In this document: piece by piece, positions 1-8,291 of the stretch
How positions within the stretch are numbered: position 1 is the first letter of the stretch
How the letters are laid out: each line of letters opens with the position of its first letter
DNA from: Bdellovibrionota bacterium
GTDB lineage: Bacteria; Bdellovibrionota_C; UBA2361; JBIKWN01
Assembly (NCBI GenBank): GCA_044356295.1
Contig: JBIKWN010000058.1
Span: 1 to 15,825, forward strand
Length of the DNA stretch: 15,825 nucleotides
Reading direction: 5' to 3'
Made by a program: the position numbers and the translations under genes
The notes under the pieces: generated by a model
Database searches by the model: none
What the model saw: the letters and a program-made list of their open reading frames with translations, nothing else
What the model was told of the DNA's origin: nothing

Positions 1-789
1 CTGTTCCATGATTTACTCAAGAGTATACCGACACCATCAAAAGAAATTTCTTTTGCTTCTTCGGTCGTTTCTCCAGAAATTGTTTCGACTTTTCCAAAAG
101 AACCACAGACTTCCTTACAACGGCCCTCTAAGAAGTTCTTTATATTGAGTGCTCTTTTTTTGTTGTTAGGAATTTTTGCATCATGGTTCTTTTTTGTGCT
201 TCCTGAACAAGGTGATTTTTCTGATTCTTTTTCAGAAACAAGTATGACGTCACTTGCCAATGTTTTAGAGCCCGAGCGAGACGACGTCTCAAATCTTGAT
301 GCATTAATGTACAATGTTCAAGAAGATGAGCAACGATCAATAAGTACGCCTGTGCCTCAGATTGTAGCAGCAGAGAAATTACAAGTTCCAACTGTAGTCC
401 CAGCTCTCCCAAAAACACGTGCAACAATTGATACATCTGGCCCAGTTGAGCCACGTAAAGTTGAGGATTTATTTAATAGTAAGAATGCTTCCCGATATGA
501 AGGTGATGCGCCGCGGGAAATTCGAGAAAGACAACCCGACCCTGAGCCACTTTCCAGACGAGATCCACCGTCTCGTCCTGGTCGGTTCGAAACTGGAATT
601 CGGTATGAAATTATGATTAATACGAGCGTTTTCGATCGACCATCATTTACAGCTAAAGAAGTTGAAGAGCTGTATGTTGGTGATAAGGTTAGAGTTGAAG
701 CTCGATTGGGAAGATGGTTAAAGGTGCGTTCTCGAAACGGAGAGCCTGGATATATTATGTCCCAGGATGCTCAGAAGCTTTTTGATTGA
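1..789 (+). CDS. 5'-truncated membrane-anchored protein with C-terminal bacterial SH3 (SH3b-like) domain
   Basis: Frame 1 is open from base 1 (LFHDLLKSIPTPSKEISF...KKFFILSALFLLLGIFASWFFFVLP), so the TTG at 145 is internal. A hydrophobic TM segment follows KK, then a Pro/Glu/Arg-rich linker. The C-terminus SVFDRPSFTAKEVEELYVGDKVRVEARLGRWLKVRSRNGEPGYI fits the SH3b pattern (W-x-K-V...G..GYI). Stop TGA at 787-789. Confidence 0.75.
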   Translation: MFHDLLKSIPTPSKEISFASSVVSPEIVSTFPKEPQTSLQRPSKKFFILSALFLLLGIFASWFFFVLPEQGDFSDSFSETSMTSLANVLEPERDDVSNLDALMYNVQEDEQRSISTPVPQIVAAEKLQVPTVVPALPKTRATIDTSGPVEPRKVEDLFNSKNASRYEGDAPREIRERQPDPEPLSRRDPPSRPGRFETGIRYEIMINTSVFDRPSFTAKEVEELYVGDKVRVEARLGRWLKVRSRNGEPGYIMSQDAQKLFD

Positions 790-800
790 GAACTTAAGTG

Positions 801-876
801 CCGTGATCCTGAGCGTGAGCCTGAGCGTAAACTTAAATTATTTGGGTCACGCTCAGGCCTACGCTCAAGGTCACGG
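801..876. repeat. REP-like palindrome with two arms of five hexamers (CGTGAG-like) and a 14-nt loop; related to the MITE cargo at 8187-8263
   Basis: Left arm cgtgat-cctgag-cgtgag-cctgag-cgtaaa (802-831), loop cttaaattatttgg (832-845), right arm gtcacg-ctcagg-cctacg-ctcaag-gtcacg (846-875). It lies between convergent stop codons (789 and 978) and may also act as a terminator or mRNA stabiliser. Confidence 0.85.
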
Positions 877-977
877 GGTAGAACAGTAAAATTCTTAAGA
901 AGCCATAACTTCTAAAATTAAGCGTTTTCATTGTGTTAAAAATATTTTTATCACCGTAAATCAAACTAATACTCTCT

Positions 978-2189
978 TCAAGGAATCTCTTTCACACGAA
1001 GTCCTGAATCTTTCAAAAGTATAAGCATCGATTCTTTATGTTTTTTATCACGTAGCTCTAATAAGAATTCAATTGAAACGTGCCCTGGAAGCTCAGTACA
1101 GATACGATCGTGAGAAACGTTAATGACATTTGCGCCAGCCTTCGATAAAAGATTAGTAATATAATTGAGCGAACCTGGACGATCAGGGACAGAGAATGAA
1201 AGTTTGCATGATCTACCTTTTCGAATGAGATCTCGAGTAAGTAAACGAGAGATCAGATCCATATCAATATTAGAACCACAGGTTACGGCAACCACATGTT
1301 TTGGAAGCTTTTTAATTTTATGTGACATGAGCGCTGCTATTGCCGCCGCACCAGCACCTTCAATTGCGGTTTTTTCAAGTTCTAAAAGCTTGATAATTGC
1401 ATCACCAATCTCATCTTCATTGATAGTAACAATTTGATCGACATACTTTTTAATAATAGGAGCTGTACAGGTTCCGATTGTTTTTACTGCTATACCATCT
1501 GCAATTGAGCTCGGTGCAAACGGTGCAATTTTTACAGGGCTTTTTCTTGCATTGATAACCCATTCTGATTGAACACCGATAATTTTAATCTTTGGATCTG
1601 TTTCTTTTATAGCAGTTGCGATTCCTGAGATCAGTCCACCACCTCCAATAGGCACGATAATCGCGAGCGATTTTTTTTGTTCAGATGATAATTGAGAAAG
1701 AATTTCCAATCCGCAGCTTCCTTGCCCATTAATGATTCGTTCATCGTTGTATGCTGGTACAAAGGTAATTTTTAACTTCGCAGCAATAGTTGAAGCTTCT
1801 GTGTATGCTTCTTGGAAACTTGAGCCAAAGAGGGAAACTGAAGCTTTGTATTTCTCTGCATTTCTAATTTTCACCATTGGTGCCCACGTGGGCATGACTA
1901 CACTGCATGGGATATTCATTTTCTGACAATAGTAAGCAAGTGCAACTGCATGGTTTCCAGCACTCGCAGCGATGACGCCTTTTTTTTTGTCGCTCGTAGT
2001 CAGGGAATTGAGGAAATTAATAACTCCTCTCTCTTTAAAAGAGCCAGTTCTTAGCTGGTTGTCCCATTTGATATAGATTTCTTTACCCAAATACTCAGAA
2101 AAAAAGTGTGAGTGCGTCAACGGAGTTGGATTCCAGAAAGTACGAATTATCTGAGTAGCTTTATCTATGGTCTTTACGGTAACTGGCAT
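978..2189 (-). CDS. ilvA: Threonine ammonia-lyase (PLP-dependent, medium form with single C-terminal ACT domain)
   Basis: TGSFKERG (PLP lysine), ASAGNHA, PIGGGGLISG, SIADGIAV, EGAGAA, GSNID; C-terminal ACT domain VPDRPGSL...GANVINVSHDR. Confidence 0.93.
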   Translation of the reverse strand: MPVTVKTIDKATQIIRTFWNPTPLTHSHFFSEYLGKEIYIKWDNQLRTGSFKERGVINFLNSLTTSDKKKGVIAASAGNHAVALAYYCQKMNIPCSVVMPTWAPMVKIRNAEKYKASVSLFGSSFQEAYTEASTIAAKLKITFVPAYNDERIINGQGSCGLEILSQLSSEQKKSLAIIVPIGGGGLISGIATAIKETDPKIKIIGVQSEWVINARKSPVKIAPFAPSSIADGIAVKTIGTCTAPIIKKYVDQIVTINEDEIGDAIIKLLELEKTAIEGAGAAAIAALMSHKIKKLPKHVVAVTCGSNIDMDLISRLLTRDLIRKGRSCKLSFSVPDRPGSLNYITNLLSKAGANVINVSHDRICTELPGHVSIEFLLELRDKKHKESMLILLKDSGLRVKEIP

Positions 2190-2207
2190 GACAGAATTCT
2201 ATCCATG
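2187..2207. promoter_or_regulatory. Candidate symmetric bidirectional promoter giving leaderless transcripts for ilvA and the lyase
   Basis: CATGACAGAATTCTATCCATG. Minus strand: TAGAAT (2201-2196) + 6 nt + ATG (2189), with TTGGAA 16 bp upstream. Plus strand: TGA-CAGAAT (extended -10-like, 2189-2197) + 7 nt + ATG (2205). There is no room for conventional 5' UTRs. Confidence 0.55.
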
Positions 2208-3131
2208 TCACGAGTGATTCCAACAGAGGTAACTATTAGAGAAGTCGGTCCCCGAGAAGGGCTACAAACCAGTAACCAGCCAATATCAGCAAAATCAATT
2301 CTTGAATTGATAACACTTTTGTCTGAATCAGGTATTTCAGAGGTTGAAGTGGCCTCTATGATTCGAAACGACAAAGTTCCATCTATGAATATAGCTGATG
2401 ATATTTGTAAAGGGGTTTCTCAGGTATCAACATCTCGTTATTCAGCGCTGTACTTAAATGAGAAAGGGTTTCAGCGTGCATTGCAATTTCCTCAAATAAA
2501 AAACGGTGGCTGGATTCAAACAGCAGTGAGCGAAACGTTCCTGAGTAAGAATGCTAATACATCATTTGAGAAAAATCTTTCATCGATTGATTCGCTTGTG
2601 AACTCTTTTCAACATAATAACATACCGCTTGAAGGAGTGATGCTTTCTTGTGTGTTCGGGTGTCATTATGAGGGAAACATTTCGACTGACATTATCCTAC
2701 AAAAGGTAAACAAAATTATTTCGACGTTACGAGAGCTGAAACAAGAGCTTCCTTTACTCGTGTTAGCTGATACTGCAGGACTTGGTTCACCTGATCGTAT
2801 AACGGAGGTCATCACCGCTATTGGTCGTGCATATCCAAAAGTAAGACTTGGACTCCATCTTCATGATACTCGTGGTCTTGGGATTGCTAATGCGTATGCT
2901 GGGCTACAGTGTGGAGTTGATTACTTTGATTCTTCAGTAGCTGGTGTAGGTGGTTGCCCATTTATGACTGGCGCATCAGGTAATATAGCTACTGAAGAGC
3001 TTGTTTTTTTATGCCATGAATTAGGTATAAAAACAGGTGTTAACTTCGATCTCTTGTTGAAAGCTTCACGTTTTGCTGGAAAAATTTTCGGGTCTCAAGT
3101 TTCATCGAGATTATTAAAAGCATCCAAATAA
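2205..3131 (+). CDS. HMG-CoA lyase-like DRE-TIM metallolyase (hydroxymethylglutaryl-/citramalyl-CoA lyase family)
   Basis: IREVGPREGLQ, FGCHYEG, LADTAG, LHLHDTRGLG, GVGGCPFMTGASGNIATEELV. Start moved from 2112 (which overlaps ilvA) to the in-frame ATG at 2205 (MSRVIPTEVTIREVG). Confidence 0.88.
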   Translation: MSRVIPTEVTIREVGPREGLQTSNQPISAKSILELITLLSESGISEVEVASMIRNDKVPSMNIADDICKGVSQVSTSRYSALYLNEKGFQRALQFPQIKNGGWIQTAVSETFLSKNANTSFEKNLSSIDSLVNSFQHNNIPLEGVMLSCVFGCHYEGNISTDIILQKVNKIISTLRELKQELPLLVLADTAGLGSPDRITEVITAIGRAYPKVRLGLHLHDTRGLGIANAYAGLQCGVDYFDSSVAGVGGCPFMTGASGNIATEELVFLCHELGIKTGVNFDLLLKASRFAGKIFGSQVSSRLLKASK

Positions 3132-3140
3132 AAATCCATT

Positions 3141-3782
3141 ATGGATATCCACATTGAACATCTTTTCAAATCTTTTTCGGGAAAGGTCATTATTAATGAC
3201 TTTTGTCGGCAGATATCTGGTGGTTCAATCACATTTATCACGGGTCCGTCAGGATGTGGCAAAACAACTCTTTTACGAATCATTGCTGGGCTCGAAAGTG
3301 CTGATGTTACCGTACCACCATGTCAGATATTATTTGGACAAAAGAACGTAACTCATATTCCCGTTCAAGAAAGAAATGTTGGTTTTGTTTTTCAAAACTA
3401 CGCGTTGTGGCCACATATGACGGTATTTGAAAACGTTTCTTTCTCAATACGAGTAAAACGTTCACTCAACGATCAAGATGTATCTTCTGTAACCGACCTT
3501 TTGACTCAGCTGGGACTCGGCATGTTACTAAAGCGTTATCCTCATGAACTATCAGGTGGTCAGCAACAAAGGGTAGCTCTTGCTCGAACCGTTCTTGCCA
3601 AACCGAACGTATTACTACTCGATGAGCCTTTTTCTAATCTAGATGCAGCTATGCGAACAGATGCTAGAAATTTGATTAAAGAAATTCATAATCGCTTCTC
3701 TCTTACGACATTAATTGTGAGTCATGACAGTGAGGACAGAGATGCTCTTGCAACTGATGAGATTAAACTCAAAACGTTATGA
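3141..3782 (+). CDS. ABC transporter ATP-binding protein (FbpC/PotA-like), short form without C-terminal regulatory domain
   Basis: Walker A GPSGCGKT, Q-loop VFQNYALWPHMTV, signature LSGGQQQR, Walker B/D-loop LLLDEPFSNLD, H-switch VSHD. Confidence 0.93.
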   Translation: MDIHIEHLFKSFSGKVIINDFCRQISGGSITFITGPSGCGKTTLLRIIAGLESADVTVPPCQILFGQKNVTHIPVQERNVGFVFQNYALWPHMTVFENVSFSIRVKRSLNDQDVSSVTDLLTQLGLGMLLKRYPHELSGGQQQRVALARTVLAKPNVLLLDEPFSNLDAAMRTDARNLIKEIHNRFSLTTLIVSHDSEDRDALATDEIKLKTL

Positions 3783-5416
3783 AAAGTCGTTTTCGAACCG
3801 TTTTTCTGTTTGGAATTTTATTTTTTCTACTGTTATTTTTCCTTTATCCAGTAGTCCATATCCTTTTTCGTTCGTTTTTCATTGAGGGTGCTTTTCGGTT
3901 TTGGAACTTTTCACTCTTTTCCCTTGATACGGTCGGACAGAACGCACTTATTCAAAGTCTTCTCATAGCAGGTGCAGTAGCTATAGGGGCATCCGTCGTC
4001 GGTATAATTACAAGTGTTGTCATGTTTCGAATCTCTTTTTGGGGAAAGTCATTTGTCGACATCTGTTTTTTAGCTCCATTTTTCCTGCCACCTTTCATAG
4101 GACTTGTGGGGCTTAAGAGTCTTTTTAATCCGTTTGGATTATTTCCAGTACAACTATTTAGTGCCGGTTCATTTTGGGGGATTGTGATTCTCCAAGTCAT
4201 CCACTGTTTTCCGCTTTGTTATCTTACTATTCGGAGTTCTCTCGAAAAAATTCCTGTTGATGCAATTGAATCAGCAAAAATTCTAGGAGCAGATTCTTAT
4301 TCTATTATTTTTCGCATTATAGCACCGCTCTTGCTTCCTGCCGTCGCCTCTGGTGCAACTCTTAGTATCGTAGCAAGTCTTTCAGATGTGGGCACACCTC
4401 TTTTATTCGAATTCCGAAATCATATCGCTGTTCAAATATTTAATACTGTTTTTGAACTTCCCATCATGAGTAGTGGTTATGTCCTTGCTCTTATTTCTAT
4501 GTTGATTATTTTACTTGTTTTTATCTGTAAGAATTATTTTGAAAAACTGCCAACCCATTTTGATACTCGTACTGCTCGACCATGGTCGCCAATAAAATCT
4601 CAAACGATACTTTCATATGTATCAATAATCCTCTGTTTCACTTTAGCTCTGATAAGCATTCTGCCACATCTTTCGCTTTTTCTTGTTTCTCTTTCAAAGA
4701 CGTGGTTTATGTCGATTCTGCCAGAGCACTATTCCCTAGACGCCTTTATTCAAGCATGTATTCATCCACTTACGACAAGAAGTTTCTTTTATAGCTTTGG
4801 TTTGTCCTTTATTTCCTCTTGTTTTGTTGTCTGGATAAGTTTTTTTATTGCATTCTCTTCCCAGTGGTATCCAACTCGAATCGGTAAAGTTACAACTTTT
4901 TTAAGTCTTCTCCCATTAGCGATTCCTGGATTAATAATAGGATTTGGTATGGCTACTGGTTTTGCAGGAACATTGATCGATCCCAAAAATTCACCCACCA
5001 TTCTTCTTATAGCGGCTTATGTTATTCGAAAACTTCCCTTCGCTGTTATTCTTTTAAGCTCAACGGTTAAACAAGTACCTAAAGTATATGAAGAAGCTGC
5101 GGTTGTGTGTGGAGCTTCGAATTTTAATGTTTTTCGATTCATATTATTCCCACTGTTTCGAAGTGTTCTTGGATCTATTTTTATAGTCGTATTTCTTTCA
5201 TCACTTTTTGAGGTCAGTACAAGTTTATTATTACCGATGGAAGAAAAATATTTCCCTATTTCAAAAGCTTTATATGCCCTTCAAAGTCGACCCGATGGAG
5301 CAAGTCTTACTGCTGCCTATGCAACTATTGTAATGACAATTGTTATAGCAGGTTTTTATTTGACATCAATTTTTCAACGCCGCTCAATAGCCTCATTAAT
5401 ACGAGGGGTATCGTAA
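3779..5416 (+). CDS. ABC transporter permease, fused double-domain FbpB/AfuB-like
   Basis: 545 aa, highly hydrophobic, with two EAA loops (ESAKILGA; EEAAVVCGAS). ATGA overlap with the ATPase gene. Confidence 0.92.
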   Translation: MKSRFRTVFLFGILFFLLLFFLYPVVHILFRSFFIEGAFRFWNFSLFSLDTVGQNALIQSLLIAGAVAIGASVVGIITSVVMFRISFWGKSFVDICFLAPFFLPPFIGLVGLKSLFNPFGLFPVQLFSAGSFWGIVILQVIHCFPLCYLTIRSSLEKIPVDAIESAKILGADSYSIIFRIIAPLLLPAVASGATLSIVASLSDVGTPLLFEFRNHIAVQIFNTVFELPIMSSGYVLALISMLIILLVFICKNYFEKLPTHFDTRTARPWSPIKSQTILSYVSIILCFTLALISILPHLSLFLVSLSKTWFMSILPEHYSLDAFIQACIHPLTTRSFFYSFGLSFISSCFVVWISFFIAFSSQWYPTRIGKVTTFLSLLPLAIPGLIIGFGMATGFAGTLIDPKNSPTILLIAAYVIRKLPFAVILLSSTVKQVPKVYEEAAVVCGASNFNVFRFILFPLFRSVLGSIFIVVFLSSLFEVSTSLLLPMEEKYFPISKALYALQSRPDGASLTAAYATIVMTIVIAGFYLTSIFQRRSIASLIRGVS

Positions 5417-6729
5417 TGAAAAATATTACAAATGTTTTCATTTCATATGTATTCTTTTTTTTATATTCATTTTTTGTTCAAGCAGAATCGTTAGTGATTG
5501 TAAGCCCACATTGGGATGGGTTTCGCAGAGAGTTTGAATGGGGATTTCAAGATTGGATTAAAAATAAAGGTATAAAAGACAGTGATGTTACATTTCGATG
5601 GCTTGACCTGGGCGGAGCTTCTGATATCGCAAAGACATTGATTGCCCGAAAAAATGCAGGTTCACCATTAGAAATTGATATTTTGTTTGGGGGCGGGGTT
5701 GATAGCTTTGAAAGTTTAAAAAGCAAAGGCCTGCTACTTTCATATGATTGCAAAGAGAGATCTTTGCAATCAATCCCACAATCAATAAATGGAAATCCAC
5801 TCTATGATCCAGATGGATACTGGTATGGAGTCAATATTACGAGCTTTGGTTTTGCCATAAATAGAGAGCTCCTGAAGCGCTTAGATATTTTGGAGCCAAA
5901 ACGTTTTGAAGATTTAGTTTCACCTCAATTTCGAACACTTATTGGATCAGCAGATCCACGTAAAAGTGGCAGTGTTCGATTTATCTATGAACTTATATTG
6001 CAACGATATGGTTGGGAACACGGATGGCAACTTTTATATCAGATAACTTCAAATATAAGATCGTTCAACAATAACTCTTCACAGTCACCTAAGGATTTAT
6101 CCACAGGAGACGTAGCAATTGCATTTTTAATTGATTCATACGGTCTTGATGTAGAATCAAAATTTGGCAGCGACAAGATTCATTTTACCGTACCAGATGA
6201 TCTGAGATCCTTTTTTGCCGATCCGGTTGCTATAGGCGTTGATGGAAAGAATCATGATTTAGCGAAATTGTTTGTTGATTTTTGTCTATCTCGTGAAGGT
6301 CAGAGGTTATTACTAAAAAATTCAGGATCAAGTAGCGGCCCTAAAAAATATACTTTAGCCAGATTACCTGTGGCACCAAACACCTACACTGAAACACCTC
6401 CCTCTGAAAAATCAAGGGCTGAAGATCCATTCTCGATGAACCAATCAAGTTTTTTATATGATGCAAAAACTGCAAAGCTTCGCTGGCAGGTTGTGACCAA
6501 ACTATTAGGAGCGATACTTGTAGATAATAAAGATGCTTTAGCAAAGATGCGCTACGTGGACAAGATTGATCTGTCAAAATCTTTACCTCCTGTTTCTGAA
6601 GCTGAATTACATGCGCTAATCAATGAGCAGCAGGGTGGTTCTGCTGAAAACCTATTTACTCTAGAGAGTTCTATTTTAAAGATTCGAACTGATGCCCTTG
6701 AAAAATTAAAAATGCAGACTTATAAATAA
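5416..6729 (+). CDS. ABC transporter substrate-binding protein (Fe3+/thiamine/sugar-phosphate SBP superfamily; substrate unknown)
   Basis: Signal peptide ending VQA; motifs DILFGGG, YDPDGYWYG, ADPRKSGS, YGWEHGW, AKLFVDFCLSREGQ. TAATG overlap with the permease gene. Confidence 0.88.
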   Translation: MKNITNVFISYVFFFLYSFFVQAESLVIVSPHWDGFRREFEWGFQDWIKNKGIKDSDVTFRWLDLGGASDIAKTLIARKNAGSPLEIDILFGGGVDSFESLKSKGLLLSYDCKERSLQSIPQSINGNPLYDPDGYWYGVNITSFGFAINRELLKRLDILEPKRFEDLVSPQFRTLIGSADPRKSGSVRFIYELILQRYGWEHGWQLLYQITSNIRSFNNNSSQSPKDLSTGDVAIAFLIDSYGLDVESKFGSDKIHFTVPDDLRSFFADPVAIGVDGKNHDLAKLFVDFCLSREGQRLLLKNSGSSSGPKKYTLARLPVAPNTYTETPPSEKSRAEDPFSMNQSSFLYDAKTAKLRWQVVTKLLGAILVDNKDALAKMRYVDKIDLSKSLPPVSEAELHALINEQQGGSAENLFTLESSILKIRTDALEKLKMQTYK

Positions 6730-6736
6730 CAGTCGT

Positions 6737-7027
6737 ATGAATAAATTCTACATTCCATTTCATGGTAAGAAGCCTGCTAAGCTTGAGATAAATGGTCATC
6801 GCTTGATGCTTTTAAGCCGTGATCCTGAACTTTTAGAAGATGCATTGGAGTCTGTTGGAGCAGATGCAGTGAAAGAAGTTAAGGTTGGCGATGGTGAAAA
6901 GGCAGAAGTCGAATTTTTCACAAAGCTTTCTGAAAAAAATCAAGCTGGCGTACTTGTTGTTTCATCCGATCTCACATTTTCAGATTTACAATTCAGCCTT
7001 CATCAAAATCTTCCTTGGGTTCAGTAA
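6737..7027 (+). CDS. Small hypothetical protein (96 aa), probably last gene of the operon
   Basis: ATG 7 bp after the SBP stop; protein-like composition; ends 9 bp from the convergent gene. No family recognised. Confidence 0.7.
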   Translation: MNKFYIPFHGKKPAKLEINGHRLMLLSRDPELLEDALESVGADAVKEVKVGDGEKAEVEFFTKLSEKNQAGVLVVSSDLTFSDLQFSLHQNLPWVQ

Positions 7028-7036
7028 GGGTTACCC

Positions 7037-8026
7037 TTAGTCGTTTGGAAGTAATGAATCGTATTTTATTTTAGATAAAAACTCTTGAGGAAGTTGGCTA
7101 ATTTTGGCTAATCCAATTTTCTTTAACTCATCTTCATCTGGATTTGATTCTCTGAGTTGTCTTGCTGAAAGTAGGTTCCATTCAGGTTCAACTGACCAAG
7201 AATGAGAAACTTCCCCCAGTTTGAGAAGTAAAGCCAATTTAGTGAAGCATAAATCAGTCACATCAAGTGATAAAGCATATACGCCATTTTCATTTTTAGT
7301 TCTTGCTGGATTGACAACAAGAACTTCTTTAATATTTTCTCCTAACGATCCTAAGGGTTTCCAATTAAGATAAGCATGCGCATGATTTAATATCAAACCA
7401 CCTTCTGAGTCTTCAATGTAATCAATGTCTATAAGAATGCTCCCAAAAAAACAAAATTGCTCTTTTACTGCAGGGTATAATAGCTTTTGTGTTTCGTTGT
7501 CAGGATTTTTGGAATTGTTTAGTACAAGATTTACTATATGACGAGGTTGTTTTAAAACACTTTCAAGTCTAAGTAATGTATTTTCAAAAACTTCAGCACT
7601 TATTTTTGATTTTGAGTCTATCAAGTCAAATGATTCCGAGAACTGATGCACGAGTTCTAAGTTTTCATCGATGACTTCACAATATGTCTCAACTAGTTCC
7701 CTCTCTAAAAACTGACGTAATGCAGATATATATGCGGTTTGAAAAGCTTCCTCTGCAGGTAACTCTTCTGCAATAGAGTAGATATTAAACTCCACTTCCC
7801 ATATATTAATGAAGTCAGTTGATTCTTTAATCTCTTCAAGATTATAACCAAATTCGAGTGCGATAGATTCAAGTGCTTCTTGATCTGTTGTATTGAGAGC
7901 TTGCCTTGGATCATTTAGTAATCCTATCACTAAATGAATAAGATTTACGTTGTGCTGATAACCAGCACCCAAATTACTTTCTCTTAAAAATCTTACATGT
8001 TCAGGATCTTGAGCAAAACCGTTCAT
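7037..8026 (-). CDS. Hypothetical acidic protein (329 aa)
   Basis: Long uninterrupted ORF filling the gap; Glu/Leu-rich; no signal peptide or recognised motif. Confidence 0.75.
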   Translation of the reverse strand: MNGFAQDPEHVRFLRESNLGAGYQHNVNLIHLVIGLLNDPRQALNTTDQEALESIALEFGYNLEEIKESTDFINIWEVEFNIYSIAEELPAEEAFQTAYISALRQFLERELVETYCEVIDENLELVHQFSESFDLIDSKSKISAEVFENTLLRLESVLKQPRHIVNLVLNNSKNPDNETQKLLYPAVKEQFCFFGSILIDIDYIEDSEGGLILNHAHAYLNWKPLGSLGENIKEVLVVNPARTKNENGVYALSLDVTDLCFTKLALLLKLGEVSHSWSVEPEWNLLSARQLRESNPDEDELKKIGLAKISQLPQEFLSKIKYDSLLPND

Positions 8027-8159
8027 GTGGGTGATATGCCTTTATTGGAGATAAATATACTTAAAAAAGTATCCATGAGGGATGTTCAAGGTTTCTAAAA
8101 AACAACCATGTAATCAGTTGAATATATGGAGTTTTATTTTTTACCGCAGGGGGACGCAG

Positions 8160-8291
8160 CAATGTCATTAAGTTAAGAACTTACGGCCGTGACCTTGAGC
8201 GTGTGCGTGAGCGTGACCCAAACAATTTAATGTCACGCTCACGCCTACGGTCATGGTCAACGGGTAGGAATGCCTTAACTTAATGACATTG
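8160..8291. mobile_element. 132-bp MITE, IS4-family-like, with 18-bp perfect TIRs and 11-bp target-site duplication
   Basis: TIR-L CAATGTCATTAAGTTAAG (8160-8177) is the exact reverse complement of TIR-R CTTAACTTAATGACATTG (8274-8291). The direct repeat GGGGGACGCAG flanks it at 8149-8159 and 8292-8302. TIR length, the AATG...AGTTAAG pattern and the TSD length resemble IS4-subgroup elements as recalled. No transposase is encoded. Confidence 0.9.
8187..8263. repeat. Hexamer-periodic palindrome carried inside the MITE
   Basis: Left arm cgtgac-cttgag-cgtgtg-cgtgag-cgtgac (8188-8217), loop ccaaacaatttaat (8218-8231), right arm gtcacg-ctcacg-cctacg-gtcatg-gtcaacg (8232-8262). Confidence 0.85.

Noticed and set aside
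801..876. Possible CRISPR array or tRNA
   Set aside because: The units are contiguous hexamers in inverted arms, with no unique spacers, no cas genes and no cloverleaf motifs.
2112..2204. N-terminal extension of the lyase ORF
   Set aside because: It overlaps the ilvA start antisense, and family similarity begins just after ATG 2205.
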